Shown: positions 22,091 to 32,196 of the stretch, one piece after another
Layout of the letters: each line of letters begins with the position of its first letter
Position numbering within the stretch: the first letter of the stretch is position 1
Assembly (NCBI GenBank): GCA_964291285.2
Contig: OZ219788.1
Span: 512,001-576,000, forward strand
DNA from: Alphaproteobacteria bacterium
GTDB taxonomy: Bacteria; Pseudomonadota; Alphaproteobacteria; Bin95
Length of the DNA: 64,000 nucleotides
Reading direction: 5' to 3'
The notes under the pieces: model-generated
Seen by the model: the letters and a program-made list of their open reading frames with translations, nothing else
The model's database searches: none
Told to the model about the DNA's origin: nothing
Program-made: the position numbers and the translations under genes

Positions 22091-22587
22091 GGTGTGCGGG
22101 TCCTTTCGTTCCGCTTCGGTTCGACGGCCATGCCGCCCCGGCATCGGAGCGACCCTTATCCGCGCGTATCCTGCGCGCGCCTGTGCCGGCGCGGGCGGGT
22201 GTCGGCGCCGGCGCGGTTCGCGCGCCTGATTGCGCGTGCGCGAGGCAGGCGCAGGGCACACCTCGCCTGTCGGCTGAATCGGGGTCGTTCCGCACCGGGC
22301 CGGCGCGGGCGGGAAGCGGTCCGCGCGGACTTCGCTCACCTCGGACCCATCATACCACGATTTCTGAAAATGCAAGCCTCAAATCAAGAATTATTACTTA
22401 AATTTCATGAACAACCTGTCGCGCCCTTTGTCGCCCTCGCGAAAGAGGTTGTGGAGAAACGGAGTAGCGGCCGCTCCTGTGGAAAGGGACACAACCGCAG
22501 CGAGTGCTCCTGCGGAACCTGTTCCCGGGCGTGCGATTCGATCCGGCCGAAGCGGTTGCCGGTGTGCGGTCAGCGCGGTGTCAAATT

Positions 22588-22602
22588 TGCGATTGACTTG
22601 CA
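22588..22602. promoter_or_regulatory. Fur-like box upstream of bfd
   Basis: TGCGA-N5-TTGCA near-palindrome 45 nt before the ATG. Confidence 0.55.
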
Positions 22603-22647
22603 TTTGCACATGGGTCAGGCTCTGCCGGTTCATCCGGGGACAGCGGC

Positions 22648-22866
22648 ATGTATGTCTGCATCTGCAATGCCTATCGCGACGCCGAGATCCGCGAGGCAGC
22701 GCGCTCGGGCCTGAGATGCGCACACAAGGCGTATGCGGCACTCGGCGGCGGCCCCCGCTGCGGCCGCTGCCTGCCGGTTGCCCAGGACCTGATCGACCGC
22801 GAGCATGATGCGCCGGTCGCCCTCGCGGTTTCCGCCGGGAACCCGCCCGGCGCGCGCGCCGGTTGA
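22648..22866 (+). CDS. bfd: Bacterioferritin-associated [2Fe-2S] ferredoxin
   Basis: MYVCICN...CGRC. Confidence 0.92.
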   Translation: MYVCICNAYRDAEIREAARSGLRCAHKAYAALGGGPRCGRCLPVAQDLIDREHDAPVALAVSAGNPPGARAG

Positions 22867-22890
22867 GGCGCCGCCCGCAGCAGCCCTCCC

Positions 22891-23370
22891 TCAGTCCTCT
22901 GCCGGCTTGCTCTGCAGCTGGACGTAGTTCTCCATCCCCATCCGGGCGATCATTTCCCCCTGGGTCTCCAGCCAGTCCACATGCTCCTCCTCGCTTTCGA
23001 GGATTTCGCGCAGCAGATGGCGGGTCACATAGTCGGAGACCGCTTCGCAATGGGCGATGCCTTCGCGAAGCGGGGGGATGGCTTCATGCTCCAGTGCCAG
23101 GTCGGCGTCCAGGATTTCCTGCACCGTCTCGCCGATGCGGAGCCGGCCGAGGTCCTGGAGGTTGGGCAGCCCCTCGAGGAACAGGATGCGCTCGATGAGC
23201 TTGTCGGCATGGCGCATCTCATCGACCGATTCCTCATATTCGTGCTTCGCGAGCCTCGCGATTCCCCAGTTCCCGAGCATCCGGGAATGCAGGAAATACT
23301 GGTTGATCGCCGTCAGCTCGTTCTTCAGCACATCGTTGAGTATTGCGATGACCTTTTTATCGCCCTTCAT
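22891..23370 (-). CDS. bfr: Bacterioferritin
   Basis: [35 protein letters not shown]. Confidence 0.97.
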   Translation of the reverse strand: MKGDKKVIAILNDVLKNELTAINQYFLHSRMLGNWGIARLAKHEYEESVDEMRHADKLIERILFLEGLPNLQDLGRLRIGETVQEILDADLALEHEAIPPLREGIAHCEAVSDYVTRHLLREILESEEEHVDWLETQGEMIARMGMENYVQLQSKPAED

Positions 23371-23481
23371 TTCTCTCTCCTGCCGCTGGAATGGCTTCCC
23401 AACAGGGAATTGTTGCATGAATATATGAGCTGAAACATCGCAATGGCAAGGACAATAACTTATCAATTCACAAACTTTATT

Positions 23482-23575
23482 TGCGACGGATTTTCATTTT
23501 CATTCGCAGAATATTTGCGAGTGTTTCGCATTATCTTTCGCATGCACCAGGAATTGAGAACGAGAAGAATTCTCA
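23482..23575. promoter_or_regulatory. AT-rich bfr upstream region with several Fur-like boxes
   Basis: Perfect TGCGA-N5-TCGCA at 23516-23530; degenerate copies at 23482-23496 and 23561-23575. Confidence 0.55.
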
Positions 23576-23615
23576 TCGATGAGCCGCAGTTCCGGAAGGC
23601 TGCGGCCAGCCGCCC

Positions 23616-24662
23616 CTATCCGAGCGCGGGCATGACCTCTTCGGCGATGCGGCGCACGCTGTCGGCGGCCTGTCGCTCGGTGAGGCCGTTGCCGGCATTG
23701 GTCTCGACCATGATGCCGTCGATGTCGAGCGTCTCGCGCCAGCGGCCCAGCGTCTCGACGAGCCGGGCGGGAGAGCCGACGGCGACATAGTGCGCGCGGA
23801 TGTCCTCCCAGGTGAGCGCCGCGAGCCGGGCCGCGGTCGCAGACGCGCCGCCCCTGCCGATGCCCTTCTTCGCGCCCTGGCTCGCCACCAGCCGCGCCTG
23901 GCGCTCGAAATAGTGCACCAGGGTCGGCCGCGCCTCCGCCTCCGCCGCCTCCGGCGTCGCGCCCGCATAGACCGGCACGCGCAGATGCACGGTCGGCCGG
24001 CCCGGATGGCCCGCCGCCGCCCAGGTCTCGCGATAGACGCGGATATTGGCGGCGAGCGGCTCCAGCCCGTCGCCGCGCAGCCCGACGAACAGCGGCAGGC
24101 CGAGCGCGCCCACCTTGGCGAAGGTGGCCGGCGAAGTCGCGGCCATGTACATGGGCGGGTGCGGCTTCTGGTGCACGGGCGGCATCAGCACCGAATCGCG
24201 CACCCGGTAATAGCGGCCCTCATAGGAGAACCGCCCGCCGGCGAAGACGCCGCGCAGCACCTCCAGCGCCTCGTCGAAACGCGCTTCGCTCTCGCCGTAG
24301 TCGATGTCGTAGCCGCGATATTGCGCGACGAAGCCGCTGCGCCCGATGCCGAAATCGAAGCGCCCGCCGCTGATCTGGTCCACCGTCGCCACTTCCTCCG
24401 CGATGCGCAGCGGGTGGGCGAGCGGCAGCACATAGACCGCCATGCCGATCCTGAGCCGCTTCGTGCGCGCGGCCAGCGCCGCCGCCACGGCGATCGGCGA
24501 GGAGAGCACCGAGCGGTCCGGCATGAAGTGGAACTCCGCCAGCCACACCGAGTGCATGCCGAGGCGCTCGGCGAGGTCGGCCAGCGCGAAGCCCTCGCGG
24601 AATATGTCGTCCGGCGCCCGCCCGTTGCGGACCCCGAATTCGAGGAACAGCCCGAATTCCAC
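23616..24662 (-). CDS. LLM-class flavin-dependent oxidoreductase
   Basis: VWLAEFHF, HPLRIAEEVATVD, GRFDFGIGR, QKPHPP. Confidence 0.92.
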   Translation of the reverse strand: MEFGLFLEFGVRNGRAPDDIFREGFALADLAERLGMHSVWLAEFHFMPDRSVLSSPIAVAAALAARTKRLRIGMAVYVLPLAHPLRIAEEVATVDQISGGRFDFGIGRSGFVAQYRGYDIDYGESEARFDEALEVLRGVFAGGRFSYEGRYYRVRDSVLMPPVHQKPHPPMYMAATSPATFAKVGALGLPLFVGLRGDGLEPLAANIRVYRETWAAAGHPGRPTVHLRVPVYAGATPEAAEAEARPTLVHYFERQARLVASQGAKKGIGRGGASATAARLAALTWEDIRAHYVAVGSPARLVETLGRWRETLDIDGIMVETNAGNGLTERQAADSVRRIAEEVMPALG

Positions 24663-24668
24663 GGCCCC

Positions 24669-25799
24669 TCAGCCCCCCAGGAAGGCGGCGCTGCGGGCGC
24701 GGAGCACGGCCCCGGCGTCCGAGACCAGCTCCGCCATGATCTCCGCGGCCGGGCGCACGGCGCGGATCATGCCGATGCCCTGGCCGGCGAAGCCGGGGTT
24801 CACGTCCGCGCGGCCGGCGAGGTTGGCGGCGACCATGACGGGGCGCGAAACGGCACCCTGGTAAGGCATGGGCAGCGGCTCGCGTTCCGGGTCGTTCGCC
24901 CAGAGCTCGGTCCATTTGGAGCGGATGATGCGCGCGGGCTTGCCGGTGACGGAGCGGGAGACGGTGGTGCCCTCCTCGGTCGCATCGACGATGGCCTGCT
25001 TCTGGCCGGGCTCGATGCCGGCCTCGGCCGAGGCGAGGAAGGCCGAGCCGACCCACGCGCCGTCCGCGCCCAGCATCATCGCCGCCGCCACGCCGCGCCC
25101 GTCCGTTATGCCGCCCGCGCCCAGCACCGGCACCCGGCCCTCGACGGCGTCCACCACCTGCGGGATCAGCGCCATGGTGCCGATGGGCGAGTTGTGGCCG
25201 CCGCCGTCATGGCCCTGGGCGACCAGCGCGTCGAGCCCGACGGGCAGCAATTGCCGCGCATGGCGCACCGTGCCGATCACGGCCAGCACCTTCGTGCCGC
25301 GCTCGCGCAGCCGGTCGAGCCAGGCGGCCGGGCTGCCGAGCCCGGAGGCGTAGACCGGCACCGCCTCCTCGATCACCACCTCCATCTGCGCCTCGAAGAA
25401 CTCCTTCGAGAAGAGCGGCGGCCCGTCCCCCCGGGGCCAGATCGCGTCCTCCGGCGCTTCGGGAATGCCTTCCCCGGCCATGAAGGCGCGCGCGCGTTCG
25501 CGGTATTCCGGCACCAGGTCCTGCGGCCGCGGGCGGTTGGAGGGCCAGCCCTTCTGCGCGCCCCGGCGCACCGAGGCCGGCAGCAGGGTATCGACGCCGA
25601 ACGGCTTGTCGGTCAGGTCCCGGCAGCGCGCGATCCACTCCCGCAATTGCGCGGGCCCGAGCGAGGCCGCGCCCATGATGCCGAGCCCGCCCGCATTGGA
25701 GACGGCGGCGGCGAGCTCCGGCGTGCTCGCCCCGCCCATGCCGGCCAGCAGGATCGGGTGTTCGATGCCGAACAGCTCGCAGATCGGCGATTTCAGCAT
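24669..25799 (-). CDS. Nitronate monooxygenase/FabK-like flavoprotein
   Basis: PILLAGMG, AVSNAGGLG, QGHDGGGH, AGGITDGRG. Confidence 0.9.
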   Translation of the reverse strand: MLKSPICELFGIEHPILLAGMGGASTPELAAAVSNAGGLGIMGAASLGPAQLREWIARCRDLTDKPFGVDTLLPASVRRGAQKGWPSNRPRPQDLVPEYRERARAFMAGEGIPEAPEDAIWPRGDGPPLFSKEFFEAQMEVVIEEAVPVYASGLGSPAAWLDRLRERGTKVLAVIGTVRHARQLLPVGLDALVAQGHDGGGHNSPIGTMALIPQVVDAVEGRVPVLGAGGITDGRGVAAAMMLGADGAWVGSAFLASAEAGIEPGQKQAIVDATEEGTTVSRSVTGKPARIIRSKWTELWANDPEREPLPMPYQGAVSRPVMVAANLAGRADVNPGFAGQGIGMIRAVRPAAEIMAELVSDAGAVLRARSAAFLGG

Positions 25800-27445
25800 G
25801 CGGCCATGTCCCCCCGGGTTTCCAGCCGGCTGCACGCATCGGCGCGCGGCTTTATACGTTCCTGCGCGTCGGCGCGCAGTTCCACTTTTCGTATCTTCCC
25901 CGATGCGGTCATCGGGAATTCGTCAATGAAGAACACATGCGCCGGAATCTTGAAGCTCGCAACCTTGCCCCGGCACCAGGCGATGACGGTCCCGGCGTCG
26001 AGGCGGCTGCCCGGCTCGCGCTCCACATAGGCGGCGGCGACTTCCGCCAGCCGCTCGTCCGGCGCGCCGACCACGGCGGCCTGGCGGATTTCCGGATGGT
26101 CGAGCAGCAGCCCCTCGACCTCCATCGGATCGACGTTCTCGCCGCCCACCTTGAGCATGTCCTTGTAGCGCCCGAGGAAGCGCATGTAGCCATCCTCGCG
26201 CCACACGGCCATGTCGCCGGTGCGGAACCAGCCGTCCTCCGCATAGCTCTCCGCCGTCTCGGCGGGTTTCTTGTAATAGCCGAGCATCAGGCTGAAGCCG
26301 CGCACCTGCAGTTCTCCCTCGGTGCCGGGCGGGCAGAGGGCGCCGGTTTCGGGATCGACGATGCGCGACTCGTAGCCGGGGGCGGGATAGCCGGAGGTCT
26401 CGGTGCGGCGCTCCAGACCGTCATCGACGGAGCCGACCGTGACGCCGAGCCACACTTCCGTCATGCCGAAGCCGGAGACGGCGCGGAACGGCTTCAAGGT
26501 CTCCGCGCCGCGCCGGCAGACGGGCGTGGCGCTCTTCATGCCGGCGGCGAAGAGGCCGGTGCGCAGGCTGGAGAGGTCGCGCGGGCGGGCCTCCTGGGCC
26601 TCGCAAAGCCCCTTCATGTGCGCCTCGAAGCCGTGCATCACGCTCACGCCCTCGGCCTCGACAAGGTCCAGGCACTCGTCCGGGTCGAAGGTGGCGGTCA
26701 GGATCTGGCGCGCGCCGAAGAGCGGCGACATCAGCGCGCCTTCCGAATAGCCGAAGGCGTGGAACAGCGGCAGGTAGTTCAGGATGGTGTCGCAGACGGT
26801 CAGGCCCAGCTTGAAGCCGCGCTCCTCATTGTTGCGCAGCAGCTTGTGGCTGTGCATCGCGCCCTTGGGGAAGCCGGTGGTGCCGGAGGTGTACATGATG
26901 AACGCCACCGCGTCGGGCGCCACCTCCGCCGCGCGCCGCACAAGCTCCGCCTCCGGCACGGCGCGGCCCGCCTCGAGCGCCGCCCGCCAGTCGGCGAAGC
27001 CGTCATGCGCCGGCCCTTCCGAAACCAGCACGATCCCCCGCAACTCCGGGAAGTCCGCCCGGTCGAGTTCGCGCAGCATGGCGAGGTAGTCCACCGGCCC
27101 CGAGACGTCGTGCGCGACCAGCATGACGCTGTCGGACTGCTTCAGAACATAGGCGAGGTCGCGGGTGCGGAAGCGGGTGTTCACCGGCACGGTGACCGCG
27201 CCGATCTTGGCGAGCGCGAAGTGGACGAACACCCACTCGTCGCAATTGGTGAGCCAGAGCGCGACATGCTCGCCGGGGCCGACGCCGAGGCCGATCAGCG
27301 CGCGCGCCGCCTCGTCCACCTTGTCGGCGGCCTCCCGGAAGGTGTAGCGCCGGTCGCGGTAGACCAGCGCCTCGCGGTCCGGCCAGCGCGCCGCCGCCTC
27401 GTCATAGAGGTCGCCGAAGCGGCGTTTCGGATACCAGTGCTCCAT
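25793..27445 (-). CDS. AMP-binding acyl-CoA synthetase
   Basis: YTSGTTGFPKG, GFGMTE, WFRTGD, TASGKIRK. Confidence 0.92.
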   Translation of the reverse strand: MEHWYPKRRFGDLYDEAAARWPDREALVYRDRRYTFREAADKVDEAARALIGLGVGPGEHVALWLTNCDEWVFVHFALAKIGAVTVPVNTRFRTRDLAYVLKQSDSVMLVAHDVSGPVDYLAMLRELDRADFPELRGIVLVSEGPAHDGFADWRAALEAGRAVPEAELVRRAAEVAPDAVAFIMYTSGTTGFPKGAMHSHKLLRNNEERGFKLGLTVCDTILNYLPLFHAFGYSEGALMSPLFGARQILTATFDPDECLDLVEAEGVSVMHGFEAHMKGLCEAQEARPRDLSSLRTGLFAAGMKSATPVCRRGAETLKPFRAVSGFGMTEVWLGVTVGSVDDGLERRTETSGYPAPGYESRIVDPETGALCPPGTEGELQVRGFSLMLGYYKKPAETAESYAEDGWFRTGDMAVWREDGYMRFLGRYKDMLKVGGENVDPMEVEGLLLDHPEIRQAAVVGAPDERLAEVAAAYVEREPGSRLDAGTVIAWCRGKVASFKIPAHVFFIDEFPMTASGKIRKVELRADAQERIKPRADACSRLETRGDMAAC

Positions 27446-27459
27446 GCCCCGCTCCTCCC

Positions 27460-29415
27460 TTACGCCCGGAGTTCCGGCAGGCCGCGGAAAAGCTCCAGCG
27501 CTTCCGGGTTCTCCAGCGCCTCGACATTGGCGACGGGGCGTCCGTGAACCACGTCGCGCACCGCAAGCTCGACGATCTTGCCGGACCGCGTGCGCGGAAT
27601 GTCGGCCACCGGGGCGATCACCGCCGGCACATGGCGCGGCGAGGCGTGCTCGCGGATGCGCCGGCGGATGCGGTCCCGGAGCGCGTCGTCGAACGCCGCA
27701 CCGCCGGCCAGGCGCACGAACAGCACGATGCGCGTGTCGCCCTCCCATTCCTGGCCGATCACCAGCCCTTCCGCCACCTCGTCGAGCTGCTCGACCTGGC
27801 GGTAGATTTCCGCCGTGCCGATGCGCACCCCGCCCGGATTGAGCGTCGCGTCCGAGCGCCCGTAGATCACCATGCCGCCGGTTTCCGACGAGATCGATGC
27901 AAAGTCCCCCTGGCGCCAGACATTGTCCCAGCGGGCGAAATAGGCCTCGCGGTAGCGCGCGCCGTCCGGGTCGTTCCAGAACCCGACCGGCATGGAGGGG
28001 AACGGCCGCGCGCAGACCAGTTCGCCCTTCTCGTCCAGCACGTCCCGGCCCGCGCCGTCGAACACGCGCACATCCATGCCGAGCTGCGGAGCCTGGATTT
28101 CGCCCCGGTGGACCGCGCCCAGCGGGTTGGCACCGACGAAGCAGCCGAGCAGGTCCGTCCCGCCCGACATGGAGCCGACCAGGAGGTCCGCCTTTGCCTT
28201 GCCGTAAAGCCAGTCGAAGCTTTCGGGCGCGAGCGGCGAGCCCGTGGTGAGCACGCTGCGCAGCGCGTCCAGCCGCCGCCCGGCCGCCGGCTCCACCCCC
28301 GCCTTGCGGACCGCGTCCACATATTTGGCCGAGAGGCCGAGATGGGTGATGCCCTCCTCCTCGGCGAAGTCCCAGAGCGCGTCCGGGCCGGGGTGGAAGG
28401 GCGAGCCGTCGAAGAGCATCAACGCCGCCCCGAAGGCGAGGCCGCCGAGCAGCCAGTTCCACATCATCCAGCCGAGCGTGGTGAAGTAGAACACCCGGTC
28501 GCCCTCGCCGACATCGGCGTGCAGACGGTGCTCCTTCAGGTTCATGAGCAGTGCGCCGCCCGTGCCGTGGACGATGCATTTCGGCTTTCCCGTCGTGCCC
28601 GACGAGTAGAGGATGAAGAGCGGCCGGTCGAAGGGACCGCGGTTCCAGGCGATCGGGCCGGGCTCGAAGCCGCCCGCGAATTCCTCCAGCGATACCGTCT
28701 TCGGCACGGCGGCAAGGTCCGGCTCTGCGGCGAGATAGGGGATGACCACGACGGTCTCGACCGTGGGCAGGCCGGCGGCGACCTCGGCGAGCTTCGCGCG
28801 GATGTCGTGGTCGCGGCCCGCATATCTGTAGCCGTCAACGGCGAACAGGATGCGCGGCTCGATCTGGCCGAAGCGGTCGAGCACGCCGGCCGCGCCGAAA
28901 TCCGGCGAGCAGGAGGAGAAGACCGCGCCGAGCGCCGCCGTCGCCGCCATGGCGGCCACCGCTTCCGGCATGTTCGGCAGGAAGGCCGCCACCCGGTCGC
29001 CCTCCTTGATCCCGGCGGCCGCGAGCGCCTGCGAGATACGCGAGGCCTCTTCATGGAGCCGGTCGCGCGGCCAGACGCGCCGGAGCCCGTCCTCGCGCCG
29101 GAAGACGATCGCCGGCGCCTCTCCGCGGAGCCTCAGCAGGTTTTCCGCATAGTTGAGCCGCGCGCGCGGGAAGAAGCGCGCGCCCGGCATGAGATGCCCG
29201 TCCTCGATCCAGGGAGCCGCGCCCTTGTCGCCGACAATGCCGGCGTCGTCCCAGAGCAGGTCCCAGAAGGCCTCCGGCTCTTCGACCGACCAGCGGTGCA
29301 GGGCGGCGTAGTCATTCGCTCCTGCGCCCTTTTCCGTATTGGCCCGCGCCATGAAGGCCGCGATGTTGCTCGCCGCCTTGCGCCGGGCGGAAGGTTCCCA
29401 CAGGAGATCGGACAT
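27460..29415 (-). CDS. Acetoacetate--CoA ligase
   Basis: [50 protein letters not shown]. Confidence 0.93.
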   Translation of the reverse strand: MSDLLWEPSARRKAASNIAAFMARANTEKGAGANDYAALHRWSVEEPEAFWDLLWDDAGIVGDKGAAPWIEDGHLMPGARFFPRARLNYAENLLRLRGEAPAIVFRREDGLRRVWPRDRLHEEASRISQALAAAGIKEGDRVAAFLPNMPEAVAAMAATAALGAVFSSCSPDFGAAGVLDRFGQIEPRILFAVDGYRYAGRDHDIRAKLAEVAAGLPTVETVVVIPYLAAEPDLAAVPKTVSLEEFAGGFEPGPIAWNRGPFDRPLFILYSSGTTGKPKCIVHGTGGALLMNLKEHRLHADVGEGDRVFYFTTLGWMMWNWLLGGLAFGAALMLFDGSPFHPGPDALWDFAEEEGITHLGLSAKYVDAVRKAGVEPAAGRRLDALRSVLTTGSPLAPESFDWLYGKAKADLLVGSMSGGTDLLGCFVGANPLGAVHRGEIQAPQLGMDVRVFDGAGRDVLDEKGELVCARPFPSMPVGFWNDPDGARYREAYFARWDNVWRQGDFASISSETGGMVIYGRSDATLNPGGVRIGTAEIYRQVEQLDEVAEGLVIGQEWEGDTRIVLFVRLAGGAAFDDALRDRIRRRIREHASPRHVPAVIAPVADIPRTRSGKIVELAVRDVVHGRPVANVEALENPEALELFRGLPELRA

Positions 29416-29567
29416 GCTTCACGACTCGGTGACGGAACGGGGCCGGTGCGAACGATAGCCGCTCGCCCGCCGCTGCGAAACCTCGCCGGGCTGCGCGGGC
29501 TGCCGGAGTCACGCCTCCCGTCCCGGCTCGTATGCAGTCCATCCCCTGTCCGCCATGTCTGCCCCTC

Positions 29568-29672
29568 CGTCATGCCCGGACTTGTCCCGGGGTCCATCCA
29601 TGGCTCGCGACGCCGTCCGCCGCCGTCGCCCCGGATGCCCGCGGGGGAGCCAACGGGCCGGCCTCAGGCGTG
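29568..29672. repeat. Degenerate alphaproteobacterial REP-like palindrome pair
   Basis: CGTCATGCCCGGACTTGTCCCGGG..CATCCA followed by a decayed inverted partner GGATGCCCG... Confidence 0.5.
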
Positions 29673-29709
29673 AAAGGGCTGTCGGCCATGCGTCATCCGC
29701 ACGACGGAC

Positions 29710-29731
29710 CATGACATCTCATGTCATGACA
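29710..29731 (-). repeat. Degenerate TGTCATG array at the glcF stop
   Basis: CATGACA-TCT-CATGT-CATGACA. Confidence 0.55.
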
Positions 29732-31013
29732 CGCCTGGCAGGCCCCCGGGCTTCGGCCCGCCCGCCGCCCAGTCGAGGAGTTGGGCGGTGTGGAGGACGG
29801 GGAGGCGCGTCGCGCCGGCGATCTGCACCATGCAGCCGATATTGCCGGCGGCGACGGCGTCCGGGTGCGTGCTCTCGATATGCGCGGCCTTGCGCTTGCC
29901 GAGGCGCGTGGCGAGTTCCGGCTGCAGCAGGTTGTAGGTGCCGGCGGACCCGCAGCAGATATGGCCCTCGGGCACGGAAAGCGGCTCGAAGCCGGCGGCC
30001 TCCAGCAGGCGCACGGGCAGGTCCGTGATCTTCTGCCCGTGCTGCATGGAGCAGGCCGAGTGGTAGGCGATGCGCAGCTTCGGGACGGCACCGTTCGCCG
30101 CCGGCCTGAAGCCGAGTTCGTCCACCACCTCCGTCAGGTCGCGCGTGCGGGCGGAGATCCAGGCCGCGTTCTCGGCAAGCGCCGGGTCGTTGCGCAGCAT
30201 GTAACCGTAGTCCTTCACCTGCGTGCCGCAGCCCGAGGCGTTGACGACGATGCGGTCCGGCGCCGCGCGCATCCAGGCGCGGACATTGGCCGCCGCCGCC
30301 CGCTTCCCCGCTTCCGCCTGCCCCATATGGTGGACGAGCGCCCCGCAGCAGCCCGCCCCCTCCGCCACGACCACCTCCGCGCCGAGGCGGGTCAGCAGGC
30401 GAACCGTCGCCTCGTTGATGGCGGGGTCGAGCACCGTCTGGGCGCAGCCCGTCAACAGCGCGACGCGCATCTTCCGCTCCCCCTCGGCCGGGAAGGTCTG
30501 CGGGCGGTCCACCGGCGAGGGCGGGGGCAGGCGGCGGGGCGCCATGCCCGCCATCGCGCCGAGCCTGCCCGGCAGGAAGCGCGCGAAGGGCTTCGCCGCC
30601 ATCGCGCCGAGCAGCGCCGCGCGGAAGAGCGCCGGGCGCGGCAGCACGAACGCCAGCAGCCGGCGCAGCCAGCGTTCCGCCGGCGGGCGGGCGAAGGTCC
30701 GCTCGATATGGGCGCGCGCATGGTCCACCAGGTGCATGTAGTTCACGCCGGAGGGGCAGGTGGTCATGCAGGACAGGCAGGAGAGGCAGCGGTCGATATG
30801 GCGCACCGTCAGCGCGTCGGCTGCCCGGTCGTTCTCCAGCATGTCCTTGATGAGGTAGATGCGCCCGCGCGGGCTGTCGAGTTCGTCGCCCAGGAGCTTG
30901 AAGGTCGGGCAGGTGGCGGTGCAGAAGCCGCAATGCACGCAGCGCCTCAGAATCTGCTCGGAGGCCGCGACATCCGGGTCGGCAAGCTGCGCCAGTCTGA
31001 AATTCGTCTGCAT
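29724..31013 (-). CDS. glcF: Glycolate oxidase Fe-S subunit
   Basis: CVHCGFCTATCPT, CLSCLSCMTTCPSGV, CCGSAGTYN. Confidence 0.95.
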   Translation of the reverse strand: MQTNFRLAQLADPDVAASEQILRRCVHCGFCTATCPTFKLLGDELDSPRGRIYLIKDMLENDRAADALTVRHIDRCLSCLSCMTTCPSGVNYMHLVDHARAHIERTFARPPAERWLRRLLAFVLPRPALFRAALLGAMAAKPFARFLPGRLGAMAGMAPRRLPPPSPVDRPQTFPAEGERKMRVALLTGCAQTVLDPAINEATVRLLTRLGAEVVVAEGAGCCGALVHHMGQAEAGKRAAAANVRAWMRAAPDRIVVNASGCGTQVKDYGYMLRNDPALAENAAWISARTRDLTEVVDELGFRPAANGAVPKLRIAYHSACSMQHGQKITDLPVRLLEAAGFEPLSVPEGHICCGSAGTYNLLQPELATRLGKRKAAHIESTHPDAVAAGNIGCMVQIAGATRLPVLHTAQLLDWAAGGPKPGGLPGVS

Positions 31014-32173
31014 CAGAGGCCCTCGCCCATGCGGCCCGGATTGAGCACGCGCTTCGGGTCGAAGCTCTCCTTCACCCGCCGCGAAAGCGCCGCCAGCGCC
31101 GGCGGCTGCGGGTGGAAGACCGGCTCGGCCGCGCGGACCGCATCGGGCGCGCGCACGCAGGTCGCATGGCCGGCGAGGCCCTCGCGGATAACCGCCCCGT
31201 GCCGGCCCGCCTCCAGCGCCAGCCAGAGGAGCCCGCCCGCCCAGTCGAACAGCCGGCCCGCGATCGGCAGGCCCGCTTCGGCGAGCCTTGCGGCGACCGC
31301 CGCGCCGTCCGCGGGCGCCACGGAGAGCCGCCAGAGCTGCTCGCCCCGCCCCGCGAGCGTGCGCACGTCGCGCACCGCCTCCCAGAAGGCGCGCGAGGCG
31401 GCCTCGGCCAGCACTTCCGCCTCGCCGCCGAACCGGACCAGCACCGACTCGCGCCGGCTCGCCACGGAAACCGCCGGCCCTTCGAGCCGGAGGCCCGTGC
31501 GCCCGCCCTCTTCCGGCGCGTGGGCGAAGCCCGAGACCTCCGCCGTCAGCCCCGACGCCGCGGTCATCAGCGCCACCGCCGCCGCATCGTCCAGGCCCCG
31601 GAACACCACCGTCTCCTCGGTTTCCGGCTTCGGCAGCACCTTGACAGTGATCTCGCTCATCACGCCGAGCGTGCCGTGCGAGCCCGCCATCAGCTTCGAG
31701 AGGTCGTAGCCGGTCACGTTCTTCATCACCCGCCCGCCGGACTTGAAGGGCTCGCCCCGCCCGCTGACGGCGCGGAAGCCGAGCACATGGTCGCGCGCCG
31801 CCCCGGCCTTGATGCGGCGCGGGCCGGAGGCGTTGATGGCGATGGCGCCCCCTATCGTTCCCCGGTCCGCCGGTCCGCCCAGGATGAGGCCGTAATCCGC
31901 CGGCTCAAAGGCAAGCTGCTGGCCCTGCTGGTCGAGCAGGCCCTGGATTTCGCGGAGCGGCGTGCCCGCGCCGGCGGTCAGCACCAGTTCGGCCGGCTCG
32001 TAGAGCGAAACGCCGCGCAACGCCGCCGTGGTGAGCCGCCGGCGGGCCTCGACCGCGTGGCCGAAGCCGCGCTTGCTGCCTTCGCCCTCGACCGCCAGCG
32101 CCGACCCGCCGGCGACCGCTGCCGCTATCGCCTCCTCGAGTTCGGCCTCATTGTGGGGCGCCAGCTCCTCCAT
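31013..32173 (-). CDS. glcE: Glycolate oxidase FAD-binding subunit
   Basis: YEPAELV, SGPRRI..GAARDH, GGRVMKNVTGYDL, FDP..LNPGRM. Confidence 0.93.
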   Translation of the reverse strand: MEELAPHNEAELEEAIAAAVAGGSALAVEGEGSKRGFGHAVEARRRLTTAALRGVSLYEPAELVLTAGAGTPLREIQGLLDQQGQQLAFEPADYGLILGGPADRGTIGGAIAINASGPRRIKAGAARDHVLGFRAVSGRGEPFKSGGRVMKNVTGYDLSKLMAGSHGTLGVMSEITVKVLPKPETEETVVFRGLDDAAAVALMTAASGLTAEVSGFAHAPEEGGRTGLRLEGPAVSVASRRESVLVRFGGEAEVLAEAASRAFWEAVRDVRTLAGRGEQLWRLSVAPADGAAVAARLAEAGLPIAGRLFDWAGGLLWLALEAGRHGAVIREGLAGHATCVRAPDAVRAAEPVFHPQPPALAALSRRVKESFDPKRVLNPGRMGEGL

Positions 32174-32196
32174 GCTGCCGGGTCCGGCAGGCCGGC

